From the human T2T-CHM13v2.0 reference genome, Homo sapiens, in assembly GCF_009914755.1 (NCBI RefSeq), contig NC_060939.1: a stretch of 64,000 nt of DNA. One strand, given 5' to 3'. Below are positions 53,839-64,000 of this stretch, in pieces (the first letter of the stretch is position 1; the number at the start of each line of letters is the position of its first letter). Both the position numbers and the translations under genes were made by a program. The notes beneath the pieces are model-generated. The model worked only from the letters and a program-made list of their open reading frames with translations. It searched no databases and had not been told where the DNA came from.

Positions 53839-54006
53839 GCAGTCATCTAGCCCACTTGTTTAAATACAGAAGGGGATGCTGGGGTCCAGGAGGAAAAGGA
53901 CCTGCCCAAGGCGGCAAACGAAAATGAGAACACCAAGCTCCAGCTCCCAAATGGGAGCCTGAGCCCCGTGTGTAGATGTGGGAGCACTACAGTCCCTTTT
54001 ACTCGG

Positions 54007-54499
54007 TGTGAGAGGTAGAATAATACCCCCCATTCCCCGGCCAAATGTCCATATTCTAATCCCTGAATCCTGTGAATAAGTTAAATGATGTGGCACAGAG
54101 AAAATGAGATTGCAGACTGAATTTAGGTTGCCCATCAGCTGACTTTTTAAAATAGAGAGGTTATAAAGTTTGGCCCAATGTAATCATAAGGGTCCCTAAA
54201 GGTGGGAGAAGGAGGCAGAAGAACAGTCCATGTCAGAGTGACACAATGTTAGAAAGACTCAGTTGGCCACTGGAGGCTTTGCCAAGGAATGTAGCAGCCT
54301 CTAGAAGCCAGAGGTGTCAAGGAAACAGATTCTTCCCTGGAGCCTCCTGCAGGGAACACAGCCCCACCAGCACCTTGATTTCAGCTCTGTGAGCCCTCAC
54401 CAGACTTCTGATGTCAGAACTGTAAGAATATTAATTTGTGCTGTCTTAAACCACCAAATTTGTGGTAATTTGTTATGGCAGCTACAGAAAACTCCTGTG
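54007..54499 (+). mobile_element. MLT1D MaLR solo LTR
   Basis: agaataat..aatgtccatattctaatccctg..ggcccaatgtaatcataagggtcc..aaggaaacagattct.ccctggagcctcc..gtggtaatttgttatggcagc. Confidence 0.92.
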
Positions 54500-54711
54500 T
54501 GAGGAAACTGTTCCCTGTGTGAGGCAGGTCTGGCCCTTAGGCTGGGGGCCTTTTCTTCCTCCACCTCCCCCACAGCACCTGGCTCAGGGCTGGGTCCCAA
54601 GGGATGGGGGAGAGAGAGGACACACAATAAAGCATGTGGATAGGGACATAGGTCCTTTTCCCCAAAACCAAAGGGAAGGAATGTGCTTGTATCACTCTTT
54701 GGGATGCACCC

Positions 54712-55091
54712 TGATATGATCTGGCTCTGTGTCCCCACCCAAATCTCATCTTGAATGGTAATCTGAATTGTAATCTCCACGTGTTGGGGGAAGGAACTCA
54801 TGGGAGGTGATTAGATCATGGAGGCAGTCTCCCCATGCTGTTCTCATGATAGTGAGTGAGTTCTCATGAGATCTGATGGTTTTATAAGGGGCTTTTCCCC
54901 GCTTTGCTCTGCACTTCTCTCTCCTGCAGCAATGTGAAGGAGGACATGTTTGCGATCCCCTTCTGCCATGATTGTAAGTTTCCTGAGGCCTCTCCAGCCC
55001 TGCAGAACTATGAGTTGATTAAACCTCTTTCTTTTATAAATTATCCAGTCTCAGGTATGTCCTTATAGCAGTGTGAGAATGGACCAATACA
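54712..55091 (+). mobile_element. THE1C/D MaLR solo LTR
   Basis: tgatatgatctggctctgtgtccccacccaaatctcatcttgaat...ggaccaataca; TSD caccc/cacct. Confidence 0.96.
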
Positions 55092-56019
55092 CACCTTATC
55101 TCTTATAACTAAACCCTCACTCTGTCCAAGATTGAACTTAATTTAGGGCCCAGCCTGAGTCTTCACTCCAGTAAACATTTTGGAAAAATATGTTGACCCC
55201 TCAGGGGGAAGCTTAGGGTGTGGGTGGCACAAATTGGCCCTGCTCCCATAGTCCAGCTCATCAGGTCTTATCAAGGCCACTGGGGACTGGGGGAGAGGCA
55301 GAGGCTGCTGGTGACAGGACAGGCTCCCAGGCAAGGGGGGAAGTGGGGAATGAGAGTCCTGGGGGAAAGAGGGGAAAGGGTGAGGATGGGTTCCAGGCTC
55401 CCACTGGAGGCCTCAGTCTTCAGAAATGGCAGGCTGTGGGGGCAGCTTGTAAGCCCAGAAAGGGCATTTGTCCTCTGGGATGGAAGCATCACTTTTGACC
55501 AGGTCCTCTGTAGGTCTGGAGGACCTAAGAGGTGGTCTGAGGACACTGCTGAGTGAGGGGTTGTGCAGTTGAAGAAGCAAATGTCTACCAGTGTGAGGGA
55601 CTGATTCAAAATCTTCCCTGGGCCTCCCAGGTACCCCGTTTCCCAAAAGGAGCCCGTCACCTCACTGGCACTCCTCTCACAGAGCTGCCCTGATCCCACA
55701 GTGAGCTGCAAGCCCTCCCCAGGTGCTTTTACCCAGGAAGGCCTCCCTGACTCCCAGCCTGCCTTGATCTCCATGCTCTGACCCCTTCAGCCCTGCCTTG
55801 CTGCATCTCCCTGCTCCCTGGGCCACACCCCTGTCTGTCCACTCTAACAGGAGCATCCTGAGAACAAAGCCCTGTTTCTTCCTGAAAATAGGCACTTACA
55901 TTCAAGCTGGAAGACCTGGAGGTAAAGGACAGTGGCTGAGGATGCTGCTGCAGGTGGCATTTGCTGGTAAACTATAAAGGCAAGTTAGGGGCTCAGGAAC
56001 CCAGAGCCAAGTGCAGGAG

Positions 56020-56150
56020 CAGAAATTAGGAATCCTGGGATGGAGACTCAGCCTTGACTCTGTCTCACTGTGCGACCTTAGGCAAGTGTTTTTACCTCAC
56101 CTGCAGAGCCTTACTTTCCTTATCTATAAAATAAGAATATTCATTCATAC
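56020..56150 (+). mobile_element. MIR fragment
   Basis: ctgtgcgaccttaggcaagtgttt..tttccttatctataaaataagaata. Confidence 0.75.
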
Positions 56151-56359
56151 AAGTTCAACCATGGGGATGATTTTTGGGGTGGGGCCTTAAAAATGTAAGG
56201 AATTCTGATTCAGCTTTCAAATTAGGAACAGACAGAGGGAGCGAAGCCTGCACACCTGGTTGGATTTCCCATCCATTCTGGGCTAGAATGAGGGAAATTA
56301 TGCCAAATAAGGGAAATGTGAATTAAACCCAATAATCCTACACTAAAATAAAGTTCTGA

Positions 56360-56890
56360 GGCTTAAAGAGGCTGGAATGTTGTGGCCAAGAGGAGAGAAC
56401 ATTAGAAATGTGTGATCTATCCATCTGGCCAAACAGCTCTGGGGGGAAGAACTGCATGGAATGGCTCCTGAGAGCAGGCCAGGCATTGTTCAGATCGGAA
56501 AGAACCTAGCCTGTCAATCATTTACAATTTGGTGTGAATTCTGTGGATGGTCTATCCCTCCCCAAGGACTAACCTACTAGCTGGAACCCTCCAGGCAAAT
56601 GCAAGATTCCGTCTCCTAGTAAAAGACTCTTGAAACTACCACCTTAACTATGAAACTACCACTTTAACTGCTCTTTCAGCTTGACTCAAACACCTCTGGA
56701 TTCCAGGATGCTGGAATAGTCCATCATGCCCTTCCAACCAGGGTAAGCAGAGAATGCCCCTATGCTGGTGAGGCAGTGAGTTCCCCACCCCCTGGGGAGT
56801 TCAAGCCTAGGAATAGCCTTCTGGAGCTTGCACTGACAACATGCAGGCTCCCTCACATTTTTGAAAGGCTGAGATTCTAAGATTCTGTGT
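56360..56890 (+). mobile_element. L3/CR1 fragments
   Basis: gaggcagtgagttccccaccccctggggagttcaagc. Confidence 0.5.
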
Positions 56891-57344
56891 GAGGGACAAA
56901 CAGACAGGGACTGTAAAGCCCTATTCCCCTTTCCCCAAAGGTGGGTGTCCCACAGGCCCCCCTGGACTCCCTGAACCCTTTGTATGAGGTGACATCGTGG
57001 GAGAACACCAGGCTATAGGCCCAGCCCCTGGAGCTTACTCTCCAGGCCCTCTGGAAAAGGAACCGCTAAGCAGCCCCCACCCAGGTAGCTGGTCTACACA
57101 GCCTTCCCCAGCCCTGCCCAGTCACAAGCCTGAGAATGAGTCCAGGTGCAGAAGAAGGCTCAGCCTGGGTATGCCTCTGCCCCATGCCAAAACTCTCAAA
57201 CTGCAGGTGGCACATTTTTCTTCCTTTGGAACCAGAAGGAACTGGCAGCTTCTCTACCATTCTGGCACTGTTCGGATGAGGATTCATGCCAGAAAGGGCT
57301 GGGGTAGAAGGAAGAAGATGAGAAGGGCAGGAAACTAGGAAGGA

Positions 57345-57835
57345 ATTAACATTTAGAGAGCTTCTCCTCTGTGCTCAGAACTGTGGGGGCACTTTGCAAG
57401 CATTTGTTCATTCTTTCAATTACGAATTCATTCACAGATTACTTCTACAGACACATAGTGAACATCCACATGTTAGGCCTGGTCCTTTGAGGACCTGCCT
57501 TTGAGGAATCCACAGGATAACAAATGCTATGAAGTTTACTTCATTTATTTATTTTACAAAATCCGGGAGAGACATATTATTTTTCCCACATTACAGATGA
57601 AGAAAGGGAAGATCAGAGAGGTTAAGCAACTGGCCTAAAGTTACACCATTTTATGTGGCAAAGGTGAGAAGCAGAACTTGGTTTTCAATTCTGTTATTAC
57701 CATCCCTTCCTACTGTGTGTCTGTCTTTATCTTTAAAATGGGAGTGCAGCTCCTTCTTTGCAAGGTGTTGATGAAGATTAGATACAGCACATGTTAACCA
57801 CTGCATGACATGGGTACTCAATAAGCAGTTCATGA
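57345..57835. mobile_element. MIR(-) with embedded L2 end, followed by MIR(+)
   Basis: cacattacagatgaagaaaggga..cagagaggttaagcaactggcc (-); atctttaaaatggg..gttgatgaagattagat..actcaataa (+). Confidence 0.75.
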
Positions 57836-58308
57836 TGCAGTGTCTCTTGTGGCTCCAAGCCCTCTATTCTCTCACTTCCTCACATGGTTTTTGGAGACAT
57901 GTTGCTATAGAGCTGGACTTAGGAGTTGGGGAAGCAAGGAAGCAATTAAGGGCTTGAGAAAGCCTGGGTCCTGTGGGAGGCAGTATATTTATCAGTCTGC
58001 CTGATAATTGAGCACCAGCTGTGTATTCTCGGGATCTGAGAAGGAGATGGAAGACCCAGAAGATACAACCCCTACCTTGTGGGAATTCTCAGCATGGTAG
58101 GGGAGGCAAGATTGACAAATAAAAACAACATAGGAGAGAGGCCCGGCTGTGTGCTCACAGTATAAGTGCTATAGGGACCCAAAGTGGGCATGGACTATCA
58201 GGAAGCTTCCTGGAAAAGGGCAAATTTGAGCTGGGCCTCCACATGTTCTGAATATGTGAAGAGCAGGCAGCTGATAAGAGGCTCATAAGCAGGCCACTGG
58301 GTTCCCCG

Positions 58309-58625
58309 TTTTTAATTTTGAAATAAGTGTAGACTTCAAGAAGTTGCACAAATAGTACAAAGAGTCCTCAAGTACCCATCACCAATCTTCCCCTAGTGAC
58401 ATGTGGGAATGTGGAGATAGCTGCAGCACAATATTAAAACCAGGAGATTGACTTTGCATAATATGATTAACTAATCTATAGATCTTACTTTGCTGTTACC
58501 AGTTTTTTGCAGGCACTCTTTTTTGTATGTGTATATGTATAGTTCTAGAAGTTTATCACATCCATATTGCCACCACTACAATCAAGGCATAGAATGACTG
58601 ATCACCACATGGGAGTTCCCTCTAG
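58309..58625 (-). mobile_element. Old L1 (L1MC-type) 3' end
   Basis: ttttaattttgaaata..aagaagttgcacaaatagtaca..aaaaccaggagattgac..ccaccactacaatcaag.catagaa. Confidence 0.75.
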
Positions 58626-58631
58626 AGCACA

Positions 58632-58926
58632 TTTTTTTGTTTGTTTGTTTTTTGAAACAGGGTCTTGCTCTGCTGCCCAGGCTGGAGTGCAGTAGCACAG
58701 TCACAACTTGCTTCAGCCTCAACCTTCTGGACTCAAGCGATCCTCCCGCCTCAGCCTCCCAAGTAGCTGGGACTAGAGACTACCACCATGCCCAGTTAAT
58801 GTTTGTATTTTTTGTAGAGACAGAGTTTTGCCATGTTTCCCAGGCTGGTCTCGAACTCTTGGGCTCAAGCAATCCACCTGCCTCGGCCTCTCAAAGTGCT
58901 GGAATTACAGGTGTGAGCCACCACCC
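58632..58926 (-). mobile_element. AluJb SINE
   Basis: Dimer with (TTTG)n tail, gggctcaagcaatcc J-type motifs. Confidence 0.93.
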
Positions 58927-59217
58927 CACATTGAATTTAAATTGCCCACATTATGCCCTGCACAGGCACTAAGGATGTGTGCCTGCTCATCACTCTAGGA
59001 AAGCCTACCTATCCCATCTTGCTCTGCACAAAGAGGCCTTTCCAGGGAAAGCAAGTTGGTGACTGAGTGTCCATGGAGAGATCTTCCTCGGTTGCCTGAA
59101 GCCCCCTGCACAAACCCTCTGTGAAGAGGCTCACCTTATCACGTTCCTGCAGAAGAAGAAACTGAAACCCTGAAGACCTGGTCCTCCCAAGGTGAGTCTT
59201 GAACAAGCTCCTTGAGG

Positions 59218-59238
59218 TTCAGCACCACGGACAGATCC
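59218..59238 (+). promoter_or_regulatory. Canonical RE1/NRSE REST binding site (TTCAGCACCACGGACAGATCC)
   Basis: First 17 nt identical to consensus TTCAGCACCACGGACAG; 19/21 overall; in unique sequence. Confidence 0.88.
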
Positions 59239-60043
59239 AGGGCACAGGGGAAGACAAAGAGTGTTCATAAAGACAAGAGAGAGGGCTGGGTGCTTCTCTG
59301 GGTCACCTCATAGTCTGGAGATAGAGAAACCCTAAGTGAGCATATGACCCACTGCCCCCCTCCCCCAACAAACAAGGGCGCAGGGCAAGGAAGAGGGGTG
59401 CATTTCAGGAGAGAGATCCCTGCTTGCCTGACTCTTCCCCATTATTCAAAGCTTATCCTCAATCTCCTCTGTTCTGAGAATCTCTCCTTGACTTTCCCAC
59501 CTTGCTGGCTCCCTTCTCTGAATTAATTTACCCCAAAAGCTGGCAGCACCATCCAAGACAGCCGGGAGCACATCATGTGCTTTTCTCTGCCTGCTCCCAC
59601 ATATGAAGCCGCACCCCCAGCCAGAATGTGAAGGCCTGGAGGAAAGACCAACTTGTCCTTCACTTCTCTCTTCCATTTTCTCCCTTTTTTCTTCCCACCC
59701 AATGTAGCTCCACACAGGGTTAGGAACTCAGGGTCTTTCTGGGGGACGTGTTAGCCAAGGGGTGGCTCTGTCCTTATTTGATTCACCTTCCAGAATCCCA
59801 CCTTGGACATCTTTTCTGCCTGGCACTATTGGGGCAGGGAGCAGAGGGAGCATATTCAAACCTCAGTTTGCCTTCCAGAACTTCTCAGCCAAGCTTCCTT
59901 CCCCTTTTCCCATAAACTGTAAGGCCCTTGCCCCTTGGGAATCCTCATTCACGGTATTTTTCCTGGAATTATCTGTGCATCCTGGAGTTAGCCTCACCAA
60001 GCCTGGAGAACACCATCCCCGGCCACCTCCCCACTGGCAGCAT

Positions 60044-60463
60044 TGTCATGGGTGCCGTGCTGCACCACCCATATGCCCCCTTCAGAACTAAAGGGCTTAC
60101 TCTCCCAGCTGCCAGGAAAACGATTTTTTGACGCTTCTCATTTCTCAGCCCCTCTGGGAATTGTCTCAGCTGAAGAAAGCATCCATGCCTAAGGTAACAC
60201 CCCCTTCCCAGGGCAGTCCACATCCAATGACAGGGTATTAGGGCCCAGCTCCCTCACCCCACTCTGAAGGGTCCTCCCAACCTCAGAGTTCCTATGGAAT
60301 CATTGGAGGCTCTCATGGGAACTGCATTGCTGCCCAACTTCTCCCTCTGCCCAATCCTGCTTCCTCCCCTCCCCTACAGGCATTGGTCCTGAGACCCCTT
60401 CCTGATGCTTTCTGCATACTAGTTTTCTCAGAGTATGCTTCCAGGGGAACCCAACCTCTGACA
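60044..60463 (+). mobile_element. LTR16A/B-like ERVL solo LTR
   Basis: tgtcatgg..cccagctgcc..cagcccctctgggaattgtctcagctgaag..cttctccctctgcccaatcctgcttcc..cttccaggggaacccaacctctgaca. Confidence 0.85.
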
Positions 60464-62532
60464 TCTCTAAAGTCTTGGCCCTGTGGGATGAGGGTTCTAC
60501 TAGCCACCAGGCTGGCTACTCAGATGAGGCCCAACAAGGCTGAGTGGAGCAGCCCTGTTTATTAATTTCCCACAACTCTTCAGAAAGACTCTGTTCACTC
60601 CACATTCTATGACAGTCCTCAGCCTTGCTCTTAGAAGCAGCCCTGCCACCCCGAGGTCCTCTGGGTCTTCTGGCATAGTGAAACAAACTCTGAAGGCAGG
60701 CAGATCAGCCTCCAGTGCCTCCAGGTACTAGGTAGGTACCCTTGGGCAAGTTCCCTCATCTCCCCGAGCCACTGTTCCCAGATCTGGAAGCAGAAATGAT
60801 AATGAAATGATAATGAAGACATCATAGAAGTCATACAACACAAGTAAAAATGTTAACAAAGCACAGTTCCTGACATATAAATATGTGCTCAACAAATATA
60901 AATTCCCTTCCCTTCTTTTGAGTCTGAGGGCATTTTGTAACAAATTGCCAATTAATATTTTTAATATTGAAATATGACATTTTAATAGTATTGAGTATCA
61001 CAAGTGTAATATAAATCTATAGAAAACGTTGCAAATTTTTCATGTGATGGATCAGGGAGGCAGGAAGGTGGTCATTCAACTGAATTCTCCCTGTATACTG
61101 GTCTTCTTCTTCACATCATTGGAAAATTCTTGGCATCTAAAGAGGATTCCTCACAGTGTAAAGACTATCAGGTGTTTTCTTTGTATCCTAAAGGGAAATG
61201 GAGCCCAAGCAGGCCACCTCTATACCTGGCTGGAGCAGAGAATGTGTCCCCATAAGAAAGCAGAATCAGCCCTTCTTCCTAAGCAATAGGTAAATGGATT
61301 GGAGAGGAGGTGGTACCTTAAATTATGGCTGCTTTGGCCACACAACTGGGTGCTAGCATCTGGAAGAGAGGATGTGAGAAGACAATCAGCCTGTTAAGAG
61401 AGTTTTATGAAAGTATAAGTTGTCCCTAAAATAACAACGCTAAGTATCCAACTCTGACAATGATCTCTTCCCAAAATGCAATGATCATCCACTCCCTGAA
61501 GCATCTTCCTGCTCCCTCAGACTTACTTCCCCCAAATCCTTCTTCCCCTCTCCCCAGGCAAGCTGGAGAAGCCCTGACCTCCCCAGAACAGGTGCTGCTC
61601 CCTCACTGTGGCATCTGTGGCCTGGGTGTGTAGAGTGGGAGCTGGAGGGGGCTTGGGGAGCCCAGGGAGGGAAGCCACACCCCGGGCACACATTTTACTC
61701 CAGCTGGGCCTTTTCTGACAACCTTGGACCAGCACACAGCTACACCCACACACAAGCACTGGGCTCAGAGAGTGCTGAATTCAGCCCCAATTAAAGGGCC
61801 ATCTCAGGGCAGGCTGCCGGCACCAGCAGCTGCTATTTTGGGACTCAGTGAAGGCAGTATCTTCTCTGTTGCTCTCTCCTCCATCTCGGTTTTATTTTTC
61901 TCCTCTCTCTCCCTTCTCCATTTCCGTTATCTCTCTTGGATTTTCTACCTGAGTATGCATTTCTTTTCACCTCTCAGCTCCTCTGTCTCTCCAGCTGCCC
62001 CCATCTCTGTGGCTGGATGTCACTCTAGATCTCTCTTATCAAATCAACTTGACACATACTTATTCCCCGCTCCACTGTACCAGACCCTGGCTGGGCTCTG
62101 GAGAAGAAGCGATCTGCAGGTCCCTGACTTTGAAGAGCCCTGAAGTGTGGTCTGCCTTTCTCTGCTTCTCTCTGCCCATTTCTGCATCTTGACCTGCCCT
62201 GCTCACCCTGCCCAGGAACCCAAGGATTGCTTCTGAAGTCCAAAGAGAGGATTCACGTTCCAGCCGTCCTATCTGCTGGTCCACTTGCAGTTTCTGTACC
62301 CCCGGGTTCTGTGCCCCAGGTTCCCAGTCCTGGCTTTAGAGGCTGGGGACTTCTCTCTTCCTCCTCCAGGCTTCCAGTTTCAGCAGGAAAAGAAGGGCTG
62401 GCATTTCCAGGGTGAATCTGTGGCAGCAACGGCTCTAGAATGTCCCAGAGGCCCACGGCCAGGCCTCCCCACCATCCTGGCCCCAAGGAGACCTGGCCCT
62501 GTGCCTGCAGCGTAGAACCATTTGGTCTCCCT

Positions 62533-63119
62533 TGTATGGTGATTTTCACTGTAATTTGGTCTCCAGGTCTGTCTCTTGAGATTGGCCATAAGCCAAGATA
62601 GCTACTCTCCAGGAGAGCCCTGAAGGGGGGAAAGTTAGGTTTGGGTGTGTGAGACACAAAGAAGAAATGAAAGTAAAATGCAGAAGGACAAGAAATTTAT
62701 TACTCTGAGGTCCCACATAGGTTAGGGGTGTCAATGGTGTCCAAAGGAAGTCCAAAAGTGACAGGGAGTTCAACTTGGGGCAGGGGGAAGAGAGAGAAAG
62801 AGGGGACCTGTGGGACTTTGCCTTTCTTAAAGCCTTAGCGTTATCATTTGGGCTTTCCCACAGGGGTTGTTGATTGGCTGGTTCAGAGAAAAGATACTTG
62901 AAGGGGGGACTCATTTACATGACTCTGGTGTTGACCATTAGGTTTCATCATGGTCAGAAGCTGTGGGACCAGCGGTATTGGGTCAGTGGGATGAGGAACA
63001 AGCAGGCTATATTGCAAACAACTACATGGGGAAGGGAAGTGTTTTGGGCTTTAAATAATTTATATTAAACCTTAAAATGGATGCTGAGACATCAACTACA
63101 TTAAAACAAATTTATGACA
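62533..63119 (-). mobile_element. ERVL solo LTR of the MER54/MER74 group
   Basis: agctactctccaggagagccctga, agaaatttattact, terminus aaaatggatgctgagacatcaact..tttatgaca. Confidence 0.7.
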
Positions 63120-63489
63120 CTGGGTCAGACCAGCAGGCCGTGCTCCTTGTCAGTCGAGAGATTCAGGATTCATAGACCAAAGCCTCTTCTCTGTCTTCTC
63201 CTTCTCATTCCAGAGGCGCCCACTCCACTATCTCCTGCCCCAGCCCCTGCAGCCCTGGTACACTATCCTGTACTCATGGGACCAAGCTCTCCCACCATGG
63301 TACCTGCTGGCTGGGTTTAACCTGACTGTGCTCTTTGACACTGAGTGTGGAGTAGGGGCTGATAATAGGACCTGCCTGCAAACTCTCCGAGGTCCTTCCC
63401 CTCAATGGATTCCCTTCTTAGGCTTCCCCCTGTACTGGAAATAGGGGGTACATGGTAACGTCTTATGGGTATTATTGAATTAATAAATT

Positions 63490-63680
63490 TAAAAACTTAG
63501 CCAGACACATGAGTATTTTCAGATGTATTGTCTTATTCAATTCATAGACCAGTCTTATTAATCTCATTTTAGAGTTGCAAGAACAGAAGCCCAAAGAGGT
63601 TACCCAAAGTCAAATCACCAGGGCTAGGGTAGGAAGCCAGGCCCCCTGATGCCCCAGTCAGGGCTTGCTCTGAAACACAG
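63490..63680 (-). mobile_element. MIR fragment
   Basis: ttattaatctcattttagag..gaacagaagcccaaagaggtta. Confidence 0.6.
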
Positions 63681-64000
63681 CTCTTGCCTGTAAATAAAAG
63701 AAGGGGAAAAAAACACTTCTACACAGCACAGTTCTTCCTCAGAGAGTTCTTCATCTGAGATCCCAGGGCCTCAATGTCCTTAGCAGCTGCTTGAGAGATA
63801 GAACCAACTCTTCAGTAGAGACAGTACAAGGCACCCGCACACTGAGCCAGACTCAACCTGGCTGGGACCTCGGCAGAGCAGAGAAGCCCTGGCTCTGGGC
63901 CAGTTGGGCACAGCTGGTAACAAGTTCTCAGTCAATGGGAGCCCAGGGGCGAGAGGAAGCTTTAGGGAGGAAGGAATATTCTTTGAAGTGGTGTCAGCCA

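Overview
This is primate genomic DNA (AluY present, very probably human) that is GC-moderate, lacks a CpG island and is essentially non-coding. I found no credible multi-exon protein-coding gene, RNA gene, CRISPR array or prokaryotic feature. Nearly all of the six-frame ORFs are chance ORFs or Alu-derived. A large share of the window is interspersed repeat: about 15 Alu/FLAM copies, many MIR/L2/L3 relics, about 16 MaLR/ERVL solo LTRs, hAT MITEs (MER5, MER53, MER58) and only two old L1 fragments. The most notable items are: (1) a ~2.2 kb Ricksha-type Mutator DNA transposon carrying a captured MLT2B/ERVL LTR directly upstream of a decayed FLYWCH zinc-finger transposase N-terminus, with an AluY inserted; (2) a near-perfect REST/NRSF RE1 silencer at 59218 and a second, weaker RE1 pair at ~30530-30566; (3) several nested insertions, including a ~46-bp TSD-flanked micro-insertion; (4) candidate plus-strand exons and AT-rich, homeodomain-motif-dense islands that look like enhancers. 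I do not see evidence of a new biological system. Repeat family names come from recalled consensus motifs, not a database search, and ancient-repeat boundaries are approximate (tens of bp).
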